Shown piece after piece: positions 54,986-64,000 of a DNA stretch of 64,000 nucleotides; the first letter of the stretch is position 1, and each line of letters starts with the position of its first letter. Location of the stretch: the NCBI GenBank assembly GCA_030693205.1, contig JAUYBG010000005.1:9017-73016 (forward strand). Direction: 5' to 3'. A program made the translations under genes and the position numbers. The notes under the pieces are model-generated. The model saw nothing but the letters and a program-made list of their open reading frames with translations, did not search any database and was not told the origin of the DNA. Source of the DNA: a bacterium. Lineage in GTDB: Bacteria > Patescibacteriota > Minisyncoccia > JAHIHE01.

Positions 54986-56725
54986 ATGAAGAAAATCTTT
55001 TTAGGAATAGCGATTCTGGCTATCGTCGGTCTTATAGCGGGAGTGGCTTATCAAATTTTTTATAAGAATCAAAAAGCTTTTGCCGAATCCAATACCGTTG
55101 TGAAAATTTTTGGAACGGAAACTTTGGATGTAGGGGGAGAAACTGATATAGAGATTACCTATAAAAATGACAATCGGACAAATTTGAAAAATGCGGTTTT
55201 GTCTTTGAGTTATCCCGCGGAAGGGTTTAGCGATATTAAAGATAAATCCGGTTTTGGCAAGATAAAAGGTTCGCAGATAGTTTGGGAGCTGGGAGAAATT
55301 TCTGCCGGTTATGACGGATCGGTTAAAATTTCCGCAAAAATTACCGATGTTAACGCTAATGTGATATCCGCTTCGCTTGATTATGATCCGGAAAATTTTA
55401 ATTCCAGTTTTTCAGCCAAAGCCAATCATAGGTTTAACGTTAAAATAGCCAAAGTTTCTGTTAATTTATTTGCGCCCAAAGAAGCGGTCGCGGGCCAGGA
55501 AATTAAATATATTTTGACTTATACGAATGCCACGGCGATGGATTTTGAAATGATCAGGATAAAACTCAATTATCCTTCCAGTTTCGTATTTACAAGCAGC
55601 AATCCTTCCGCAACGCAAGCGCCGGATACTTGGGAAGTGTCTGGTTTTACTCGGGCTTCAAGCGGGCAGATAGAGATTATCGGGACATTAAATAGTTCGG
55701 AAGTGGAAACTAAAATAGTCGGGGCGGTGATCGAGCAGAGAAACAGAGACGGAAAATATATTTTTAATAATGAAATAAGCGCCAACACCAGCTTGATAGG
55801 TTCGCCTTTTGTTGTTGTTCAGACGGTCAATGACAAAGAGAATTATGCCGCCGATATCGGGGAAACATTGAATTATAAAATTAAGATCAGGAACTTAAGC
55901 AATACTAAGCAGGAAAATCTTATTATTAGCGCGGTTTTGGATGGTCAGGCATTGGATTTTACCTCTTTGGTTGCCGAAAACGCCAATCTTGATCGGGCGC
56001 TTCACACTATAATATGGGATAGCAAGGTAAGAAGCGATTTGGCGGCAGTTGATCCGAATAAAGAAATAGAAGTTGAATTTAGTGTAAAGACCAATGGAAG
56101 CATTACGATAATGGACGGCAACAGCAAGAATTTTCTGGTAAAAAATACCGTTACTATTAAAGATGGAAATATTTTTAATGCTGACGGATTAAATAAAGTA
56201 ATTGTTGCGGCCTCTTTTGAGACAAAGATCAACTCCAGTCCTGTTCTGTTTGTCAGAGGATATTTTAATGACGATGATCGCCTGAAAACTTCCGGGGTTA
56301 TTCCGCCGAAAGTCGGACAGACTACCGCTTACAATATCCATTGGCAAATTTTAAATACGGTCAATAAAATTAAAAATGTAAAAGTTACGGGGGTTTTGCC
56401 GGCCAATATCAAATGGACGGGAAATATTTTTCCTCTCGACGCCAAGATCTTTTACGATATAAATACCAGGACCATTACTTGGGAAGCGGGCGATATAGAA
56501 GTCGGCACCGGAATAATTTCGCCGTTGAAAGAGGTGTTATTCCAAGTAAGCGTTGCGCCGACTATCAGCGATGTCGGAAATTATTTAGTGCTGATCGATA
56601 AAAACTTCCTGAACGCTACTGATGAATTTACATTGAGTGAAATTGCGGTTACGGCCGAAGGCATAACTAGCCGTTTGCCGGATGATCTGAGCGTCACGCC
56701 CGAGGAAGGGAAAGTGGCGCTATAA
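54986..56725 (+). CDS. Large secreted/cell-surface protein with N-terminal signal anchor and repeated beta-sandwich (DUF11/CARDB-like) modules
   Basis: Signal anchor MKKIFLGIAILAIVGLIAGVAY, then Thr/Asn/Val-rich beta-strand repeats; start set to the ATG at 54986 rather than the track start that overlaps recO. Confidence 0.45.
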   Translation: MKKIFLGIAILAIVGLIAGVAYQIFYKNQKAFAESNTVVKIFGTETLDVGGETDIEITYKNDNRTNLKNAVLSLSYPAEGFSDIKDKSGFGKIKGSQIVWELGEISAGYDGSVKISAKITDVNANVISASLDYDPENFNSSFSAKANHRFNVKIAKVSVNLFAPKEAVAGQEIKYILTYTNATAMDFEMIRIKLNYPSSFVFTSSNPSATQAPDTWEVSGFTRASSGQIEIIGTLNSSEVETKIVGAVIEQRNRDGKYIFNNEISANTSLIGSPFVVVQTVNDKENYAADIGETLNYKIKIRNLSNTKQENLIISAVLDGQALDFTSLVAENANLDRALHTIIWDSKVRSDLAAVDPNKEIEVEFSVKTNGSITIMDGNSKNFLVKNTVTIKDGNIFNADGLNKVIVAASFETKINSSPVLFVRGYFNDDDRLKTSGVIPPKVGQTTAYNIHWQILNTVNKIKNVKVTGVLPANIKWTGNIFPLDAKIFYDINTRTITWEAGDIEVGTGIISPLKEVLFQVSVAPTISDVGNYLVLIDKNFLNATDEFTLSEIAVTAEGITSRLPDDLSVTPEEGKVAL

Positions 56726-57014
56726 ATTTGACAGATTTTTTATATATGCTAATATATTTATAGATTAGTGAAATTTATGAATTATACGCAAAACAACAAT
56801 TTCTTTTTCTTTTTTACACCGTCCTAAGGCAGGTTGTTTATGCGTATAAGTTAAAGAGAAAAAAGATTCAGAAGATTACGCGAACAAGCCTGTCGAGGGC
56901 TGTTTTTTTGTTGCCTCAAACGGAAGATTTTAGAAAAAAAAGTTTTCCGCCTGCGGCAAAAATCGCGGGATAAGATTATTGTCTTATCGATTAAGTATAA
57001 GGAGGAATTGAACC

Positions 57015-57194
57015 TTGAAAACAAATGTTAAAATAGAGTCTGAAGATGCAATAAAAAGCTTAGAAGCTATGGTAAAAAGGTTTTCACTAAAAGCCCAAAG
57101 AGCTGTAAAATTCAAAGATACAAGGTCGCAAAACTATAATACTAATAAAGTTGCGGGGCTGAAACTAAAAATCAAATACCTGAGAGATAAATAG
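57015..57194 (+). CDS. Possible small basic protein (59 aa, TTG start) with strong ribosome-binding site
   Basis: AAGGAGG 8 nt upstream of the TTG at 57015; MKTNVKIESEDAIKSLEAMVKRFSLKAQRAVKFKDTRSQNYNTNKVAGLKLKIKYLRDK; weak resemblance to the ribosomal protein S21 N-terminus (VKV..E....ALRRFKR). Confidence 0.3.
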   Translation: MKTNVKIESEDAIKSLEAMVKRFSLKAQRAVKFKDTRSQNYNTNKVAGLKLKIKYLRDK

Positions 57195-57341
57195 CAGGAG
57201 GACAAAATGGAAGAAATTATTATAGAGGTAAAAGAAAAAGAAGAAAAAATAAAAATAAAAATCGTGGAGCATAAATTTATGTCTTCTCTTTTTTTGCCAA
57301 AAAGCCGGAATTAGTATAATGTATTATGTATCGGGCATTAA

Positions 57342-58580
<1,239 letters not shown>

Positions 58581-58589
58581 AAGGTAGAT

Positions 58590-58622
58590 AAAAAAAAGAG
58601 CGGTTAAGCCGCTCTAAAATTT
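58590..58622. terminator. Bidirectional terminator hairpin AGAGCGG-ttaa-CCGCTCT between the convergent tgt and large minus-strand genes
   Basis: aaaaaaAGAGCGGttaaGCCGCTCTaaaatttt. Confidence 0.6.
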
Positions 58623-60950
58623 TAGAGATATTGTTTCTCCGTTTATTGTTATCACATCGAGCTTTGCCATAAAATCTAAGTATGGCGTGAGGGTGATATC
58701 CTTTATTCTAAATATTTCTCTTATTTTTCTCTTTTTTAAAGATCCTCCTGCGTCATTCAGCTTCTCCAATATTTCTTTTTGTTTATCACAAAGTTCGGGT
58801 GTGGCTTTGAGTTGCGCTAACGTTCTTTTAGGTTTTCCTGCGATATCTGTACCGTTTACATTGCTTTCATTTTGCAACTTTTCTCTCAGCTCATTCATCG
58901 TAACTATTTTTTCCTCCGGTTTTTCTTGCGGCGGCTTATCTTTTTCGAGCTCGCTCAAGAACTCTGTTTCACTCAATAGTTCGATCGTGCTATTTTCGAA
59001 ATCGTCTTCGTTAAGGCTGATTTTTATAGCTTTTATTCGGTCGTTTGGATTGTCGGTTTTTTTATTCATTGTTTTGACAATTGCCGAAATAAAAGTTTTT
59101 GCTTGATTTTTCTTAACGCCCGCCTTACTGCAAACAACAGACAAACTGATTTTTTCTCCTTTTTCCAGATAGTCATTTAAGTAGTCTTCCACTTGTTGTT
59201 TTCTATTATCTGGTAAGGAACTTAGCAAGCCGGGTTCTTTGTTTGTTAAAGAATCGGACAAGAGCAATAATTCAGCTTTTATTGTTTCGTTTGGCTCTGT
59301 TTTTGTTTCCGTCGATTTCGGCGGTTTTTGAACGATTTCCGGCTCTGCGATTTTTTCTTCCGGTTTTTTCTGTTCTGACGGTTGGCGCTGGCTATTCTCG
59401 TCTTTTTCTGGAGTTATTTCTGGTTTTGTCTGCTCCGTAGGTTTTATCATATCCGGAAGCTGGAGTCGGATTTGATCCACTTGAGCTGTTACTCTGGAAC
59501 GTATGCCCTCTTGCCTATTTTTAACCAAACCTTTTTCAGCCAGTGTTCTTACGGATAGGTTTACTCTGGTCTGGATAATGCGGGTTTTTTCGATTATTTC
59601 TTGTTGCAAAATACCAGCTTGTCCGTTTTCAATTATTACCCGCAAGACTTGCAAGTCTTTTAGAGACAGCTTTACGTCTGCCAAAGACTTTTTTTCTTTC
59701 GCAGGATTTTTTTCCGCAATTGTTTCATTTGACGTTTTTAGTTTTACCGAGTGTTTATGCTTTTCGGCGATTCCCAAAGTTTCCAGCTCTTTTGCCAAGC
59801 TACGGACAGTAGCGGTTGTGCATCGCATTCTTTCCGCCAGATCTGTTATTGTTGTTTGCTGCTGATCGCTGTTGATAATAATACCGACAGCGGCAGCTAA
59901 ACTGCTTACCCTTGTGTGATTTCTATTAAGATTGGCTTTCCGCAATTTTTCCTCTATCAGCTCCTGGATTTTTTTCATTTGTTCGTCTAGAGAACCGATC
60001 AGTTTTAGATCTATTATCTCTTTATAAAGATCGCCGGTTTCCGGTGCTGGTTCACTTGGTTTATCGGTTATTTTTGTCAGCTCGTTAACTTTTTGAGTTT
60101 TTTCGCCTAACAATAAACTGAGTTTGATTATTTCTCCATCGAGCCGTTTAATTGTCGCGTTGCGATCGGCGATTGTTTTTTGAGCTTCTTCAAGCCGCAG
60201 GTTTTTTTCATCAAGCCATTCTTTGAATTTGCCTTTTTCTTTTAACGCTTGATCGAGCCGTCTTTCTAATTCGGCAACTTGATTTAACAGTTCTTTGTCT
60301 GTCGGTAACCCTTTTTCCCGAGCTTCTCCGAGGGCTTTTTTAAGTCCTTCTATTTCAGTATAAGCCATTTGGCAAATTTCCTCGGATTTTTTAAGAGCTA
60401 TCGTCAGTTTCTTGATTTCTTTCTCGTCCGGTTTTGGGATTTCGGCAGAGTGGCCATTTCCTGTTAAATTTGTTAGCACGCTTCCGTTATTGGAAATACT
60501 GTAGAAGTCAGTATTTGTCTTGTCAATGCCGTTTACGAAACCCTTTTTAAGGAGAATTCCCGGCAAGCCGTCGCCGCTTGAAACCATCAAGGTAATAAGC
60601 GACAAGTGCATTTCTTTAAACGCGCACTCTTTGAAGCTTTCTATGGCGCTTGCGATCATTTCTTGGTTATTCCGCATCGATTTTTCAAAAGCGATGCTGA
60701 ATATCCCGAAGCTATTTTTAATAATCGTATGCGCCAGCACAACCCCGATGGCCGTTTGTTTTTGATCTTCGTTTTTTTCTATTATAAATACGCGTCCGCA
60801 GGTTGTTTCTTTCTGCAAGGTTTCATCGCAAAACGGCTTATCAATACAGACAGCCTCTGTTGAATTAATTATACTAAGTATGGCTGGGATCAATTTCTGA
60901 TCCGATGCGAACTTGCTCATTACTCTAATGCCTATTCCATCATTTCCCAT
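58614..60950 (-). CDS. Large hypothetical protein (about 778 aa): N-terminal globular domain, long coiled coil, two MarR-like winged-helix segments, Pro/Glu/Lys-rich linker, C-terminal domain
   Basis: Start placed at the ATG at 60950 (MGNDGIGIRVMSKFASDQK...), because the track's longer N-terminus overlaps the upstream HTH gene. The start has a GGGAAGTG ribosome-binding site and a TTGACA/TAATAT promoter. wH-like segments TTITDLAERMRCTTATVRSLAKELETLGI and LQVLRVIIENGQAGILQQEIIEKTRIIQTRVNLSVRTLAEKGLV. Confidence 0.5.
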   Translation of the reverse strand: MGNDGIGIRVMSKFASDQKLIPAILSIINSTEAVCIDKPFCDETLQKETTCGRVFIIEKNEDQKQTAIGVVLAHTIIKNSFGIFSIAFEKSMRNNQEMIASAIESFKECAFKEMHLSLITLMVSSGDGLPGILLKKGFVNGIDKTNTDFYSISNNGSVLTNLTGNGHSAEIPKPDEKEIKKLTIALKKSEEICQMAYTEIEGLKKALGEAREKGLPTDKELLNQVAELERRLDQALKEKGKFKEWLDEKNLRLEEAQKTIADRNATIKRLDGEIIKLSLLLGEKTQKVNELTKITDKPSEPAPETGDLYKEIIDLKLIGSLDEQMKKIQELIEEKLRKANLNRNHTRVSSLAAAVGIIINSDQQQTTITDLAERMRCTTATVRSLAKELETLGIAEKHKHSVKLKTSNETIAEKNPAKEKKSLADVKLSLKDLQVLRVIIENGQAGILQQEIIEKTRIIQTRVNLSVRTLAEKGLVKNRQEGIRSRVTAQVDQIRLQLPDMIKPTEQTKPEITPEKDENSQRQPSEQKKPEEKIAEPEIVQKPPKSTETKTEPNETIKAELLLLSDSLTNKEPGLLSSLPDNRKQQVEDYLNDYLEKGEKISLSVVCSKAGVKKNQAKTFISAIVKTMNKKTDNPNDRIKAIKISLNEDDFENSTIELLSETEFLSELEKDKPPQEKPEEKIVTMNELREKLQNESNVNGTDIAGKPKRTLAQLKATPELCDKQKEILEKLNDAGGSLKKRKIREIFRIKDITLTPYLDFMAKLDVITINGETISLKF

Positions 60951-61072
60951 AGTATCACTTCCCGCGCTTGAAGCGCTTTTGTTGTTCGTCCTTGTTTTTA
61001 ATTGTAAGGTACAGTGATTCCATATTAATATAAACAAGAATTTTGTCAATAAAAATAGCAGCCGATTTTGCG

Positions 61073-61390
61073 TTATGGCTGCTTTTTCTTTTTTATTTTT
61101 ATGTACCAGATTTCCAGCTTTCCTTCTGTTTCGGAAAATATTTCTATTTTCGTATCCGGGCTGCGGTAGTTGGCGCGCATATCCCATATTCCCCGTTCGC
61201 TAGTATCCATTATTTTAGCCGCTTCTTCCAGCGTGATCGCTTGATCTCTTCCGGTTAGTAAGGCCTCAAGCTCTTTAAGTTTTCCAACAATCAGGTTTTT
61301 TTCAGGGTTTTTCATCATTCTTTGCAGCCTTTCAAAATTTATCCGCTGTTGTTCCGGCGACACAGTTTTGGTTTTTTGATTTTTTGGCAC
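61073..61390 (-). CDS. Excisionase-family helix-turn-helix (HTH_17-like) DNA-binding protein
   Basis: GTG start with AAAGGAGG ribosome-binding site; C-terminal ITLEEAAKIMDTSERGIWDMRANYRSPD matches the excisionase/MerR-like HTH pattern (lt..EaAe.lgvs..tiy.l...g); own TTGACA-16-TAATAT promoter; hairpin terminator GCAGCC...GGCTGC after the stop. Confidence 0.55.
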   Translation of the reverse strand: MPKNQKTKTVSPEQQRINFERLQRMMKNPEKNLIVGKLKELEALLTGRDQAITLEEAAKIMDTSERGIWDMRANYRSPDTKIEIFSETEGKLEIWYIKIKKKKQP

Positions 61391-61512
61391 GGTTGATTCC
61401 TCCTTTAAAGTGCTTTTTGATAAATTTTATCTATATTAGCATATATCCACAGCTTGTCAATCGTGGTTGTTTATGATAAATTAAAAGAGTTAAACTACAT
61501 CAAATTATATTT

Positions 61513-62922
61513 ATGGCAGAAAAAAATACAGACAAAATGGAAAAAATCGTTTCGCTTTGCAAAAGACGGGGTTTTGTGTATCCGGGAAGCGAAATTTATG
61601 GCGGATTAGCCAATACTTGGGATTACGGTCCTTTGGGCGCAGAATTGAAAAATAATATTAAAAGGCTTTGGTGGAAGACGTTTGTTCAGCAAAGAGATGA
61701 TATGGTGGGAATTGACGCCAGTATTTTAATGAATCCGAAAGTCTGGGAAGCGTCCGGACATACGACCAGTTTTGCCGATGCGAAAATTGATTGTCTCGCG
61801 TGCAAAGCCAGGATCAGAGCGGATCATATGATCGAAGATGAGCTGAAAATAAGCGTGGAAGGGAAAAGCTTGGAAGATATCAATAAAATTATTTCTGACA
61901 ATAAATTAAAATGCCCGGTTTGTAAGTCCGTAAAATTGACCGAAGCGAGGAAGTTCAATTTGCTTTTCAAAACCCAAGTCGGATCGCTGGAAGACGCGAA
62001 GGCCGCGGTTTATCTTCGCGGCGAGACGGCTCAAGCAATGTTTGTAAATTTCAAAAATGTTTTGAATTCCAGCCGCAAGAAAATTCCTTTTGGTATCGCG
62101 CAGGTCGGAAAAGCTTTCCGGAACGAGATCACTCCGGGCAATTTTATTTTCCGCACTTTGGAATTCGAGCAGATGGAAATAGAATATTTTATCCGCGAGA
62201 AGGATTGGGAGAAAACTTTTGATTACTGGAAAGATGAAATGAAAAAATGGGCTACGAAAATTTTAGGGCTTAAAAAAGAAAACATTCGGGTGCGCGAGCA
62301 TGCCAAGGAAGAATTGTCGCATTATTCCCGGCGCACTGTTGATTTCGAGTTTAATTTTCCGTTCGGAGGATTCAAAGAATTATATGGTTTGGCATATCGC
62401 ACGGATTTTGACCTGACGGCGCATCAAAAAGCGAGCGGCGAGGATATGAGCTATTTTGACGAAGCAGCCAAAGAGAAATTTATTCCGCACGTGATCGAGC
62501 CGACTTTTGGAGTGGACAGAAGTATTTTGGCAGTGCTGGCCGACAGTTTCGAGGTTATTAAAGGCGGGCGAACGACAACTACGGAATCGATCAAGGAAGA
62601 AGAATTTGTTTTGCGTTTGGCTCCGCGCATCGCGCCGATCAAAGCCGCGATTCTGCCTTTGGTAAAAAAAGATCCGCTGAAAAAGCTGGCTGGGGAAATT
62701 TACAAAGACCTTCGCGAGCAGTGGATGGTGCAGTACGATGAAACCGGTTCGGTTGGCAAGCGATATCGCCGGCAAGACGAGATCGGCACGCCATTTTGCG
62801 TGACGGTGGATTTTGATTCGCTGGAAGACAATGCGGTCACGGTTCGCGACCGCGACACGATGAAACAAGAGAGAATAAAGATTGCCGAGCTCGCGGATTA
62901 TCTGGAAGAAAAATTAATTTAA
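61513..62922 (+). CDS. glyQS: Glycyl-tRNA synthetase (dimeric class II, GlyQS type)
   Basis: RRGFVYPGSEIYGGLANTWDYGPLG N-terminus, class II motifs, 469 aa. Confidence 0.92.
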   Translation: MAEKNTDKMEKIVSLCKRRGFVYPGSEIYGGLANTWDYGPLGAELKNNIKRLWWKTFVQQRDDMVGIDASILMNPKVWEASGHTTSFADAKIDCLACKARIRADHMIEDELKISVEGKSLEDINKIISDNKLKCPVCKSVKLTEARKFNLLFKTQVGSLEDAKAAVYLRGETAQAMFVNFKNVLNSSRKKIPFGIAQVGKAFRNEITPGNFIFRTLEFEQMEIEYFIREKDWEKTFDYWKDEMKKWATKILGLKKENIRVREHAKEELSHYSRRTVDFEFNFPFGGFKELYGLAYRTDFDLTAHQKASGEDMSYFDEAAKEKFIPHVIEPTFGVDRSILAVLADSFEVIKGGRTTTTESIKEEEFVLRLAPRIAPIKAAILPLVKKDPLKKLAGEIYKDLREQWMVQYDETGSVGKRYRRQDEIGTPFCVTVDFDSLEDNAVTVRDRDTMKQERIKIAELADYLEEKLI

Positions 62923-62926
62923 AAAG

Positions 62927-63883
62927 ATGACGATAAAAGAAATTTATAATTTGGCGATAAAGATGGGAATCGAATCCGATCTGCGCGGGAAAGAAAAAGT
63001 CCAGCGGCTTTTGAAGCGCGCAAAAGAACAATATGAGAAATTAAACAAAGAAGAAAAAGAAGAATTTGATGCGGAAAAATTAAGCAATCCTTATTCGGAT
63101 TCAAGAATACTTTTGACGGATTCGGATAAAAAAGTAAAAAAAATATTGGCGGGCATAGATATTGATACGGGAGAGGTGTTGCTGGCCGATAAGCTAGGGG
63201 TTGATTTAATTATTAGTCATCATCCAATGGGGAAAGCGCTGGCAAAACTTGATGACGTGATGCATTTGCAGGCAGAGGTGCTGAATATTAAATATGGCGT
63301 GCCGATAAACATTGCTCAAGGAGTGATTAGGGAAAAAATCAGTGAAGTGGGGCGTTCGGTTATTAGGGGGAATTATAATCAGTCAATTGATGCCGCTCGG
63401 CTGATTAAGCAAAGCATGATCTGTGTTCATACGCCTTGTGATAACTTGGTGGCAAAATTTCTTTGCGAAAATATTGAAAAAGAAAATTTTGAATATGTTG
63501 GTGATTTGCTTAAGTTTTTAAAAGAAATTTCTGAATATAAGGAAGCGATAAAATTAAATGCCGGACCGCGTCTTTTTGCCGGTTTGCCGGAAAATTATAC
63601 CGGAAAAATTGCCATAACGGAAATTACCGGAGGCACCGAAGGCGCGCCGCAAATTTACGAAAAAATGGCGCAAGCGGGAATTGGGACGATTATAGGCATG
63701 CATATGAGCGAAGAGCACAAAAAAGAGGCGGAAAAGGCGCATATCAATGTTGTAATTGCCGGCCATATGTCCAGTGATTCGCTCGGAATGAATTTATTTC
63801 TTGATGAATTGGAGAAAAAAGGAATTGAAGTTATCCCATGCTCGGGATTAATCAGGATTAAAAGGTTTTTAAAGAAATCATAA
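62927..63883 (+). CDS. Nif3-like dinuclear metal centre protein (YqfO/NIF3 family)
   Basis: DLIISHHP motif and C-terminal metal-binding His/Glu pattern (MSEEHKKEAEKAHINVVIAGHMSSD). Confidence 0.7.
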   Translation: MTIKEIYNLAIKMGIESDLRGKEKVQRLLKRAKEQYEKLNKEEKEEFDAEKLSNPYSDSRILLTDSDKKVKKILAGIDIDTGEVLLADKLGVDLIISHHPMGKALAKLDDVMHLQAEVLNIKYGVPINIAQGVIREKISEVGRSVIRGNYNQSIDAARLIKQSMICVHTPCDNLVAKFLCENIEKENFEYVGDLLKFLKEISEYKEAIKLNAGPRLFAGLPENYTGKIAITEITGGTEGAPQIYEKMAQAGIGTIIGMHMSEEHKKEAEKAHINVVIAGHMSSDSLGMNLFLDELEKKGIEVIPCSGLIRIKRFLKKS

Positions 63884-63902
63884 TCAACGTGAATTCAGAT
63901 TT

Positions 63903-64000
63903 ATGTATAAAAAAACCATTTTAAATAACGGGCTTCGCGTGATTATCGCGCCGATGGAAGGCACTAAAACCGCTACGGTTTTGGTAATGGTGGGGACCGG
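63903..64000 (+). CDS. M16-family zinc peptidase, N-terminal fragment (continues past the window end)
   Basis: MYKKTILNNGLRVIIAPMEGTKTATVLVMVGT, the typical insulinase-family N-terminus. Confidence 0.5.
   Translation, partial: MYKKTILNNGLRVIIAPMEGTKTATVLVMVGT

Overview
This 64-kb window is a gene-dense, low-GC bacterial chromosome segment whose content points to a Candidate Phyla Radiation (Patescibacteria) organism. The lineage call is an inference from the features below, not a measurement. The supporting signals are: several TrbC/VirB2-type pilin-domain proteins; DUF2207, DUF1189 and DUF4870 membrane proteins; an archaeal-type AMP phosphorylase plus e2b2 R15P isomerase plus a RuBisCO remnant; a type-2-like IleRS; and frequent GTG/TTG starts with AGGAGG-type ribosome-binding sites. 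I support about 65 protein-coding genes, 2 tRNAs (Ser-GGA, Arg-CCG), a tmRNA beside smpB, the rpmI-rplT-infC cluster, several consensus sigma70-type promoters and hairpin terminators. No CRISPR array and no rRNA are present.

Four observations deserve a second look.
(1) The isoleucyl-tRNA synthetase carries a complete NUDIX hydrolase domain, with an intact Nudix box, inserted just before the CP1 editing domain.
(2) The CPR AMP-salvage locus (e2b2 and AMP phosphorylase) has its RuBisCO reduced to a 134-aa N-terminal fragment that ends beside an A7 tract and is followed by unrelated small and Lys/Glu-rich ORFs.
(3) Downstream of tRNA-Arg there is a defence-island-like block: a single-chain Type IIG restriction-modification enzyme, a translationally coupled unknown 199-aa protein, an AlbA_2/Schlafen-HATPase_c_4 protein, an NYN/LabA nuclease and a decayed DinD/Bro-N pseudogene.
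(4) Between tgt and glyQS sits a two-gene module on the opposite strand from its flanks: an excisionase-family HTH protein and a roughly 780-aa coiled-coil protein with two predicted winged-helix (wHTH) domains.

Smaller observations: a 20-aa N-terminal signal-anchor shared between HtpX and a Cys-rich pilin-domain protein; a GCGATAAAAT operator-like repeat set around the promoter upstream of the DUF2207 gene; and two structured small-RNA candidates behind a perfect promoter upstream of tRNA-Arg.

A membrane-anchored Clp-type ATPase with a Lys-to-Arg Walker A in D1, a bacterial Elp3 homolog containing a 7-bp microsatellite, and a probable non-AUG (AUA) infC start immediately downstream of the tmRNA are also noted.
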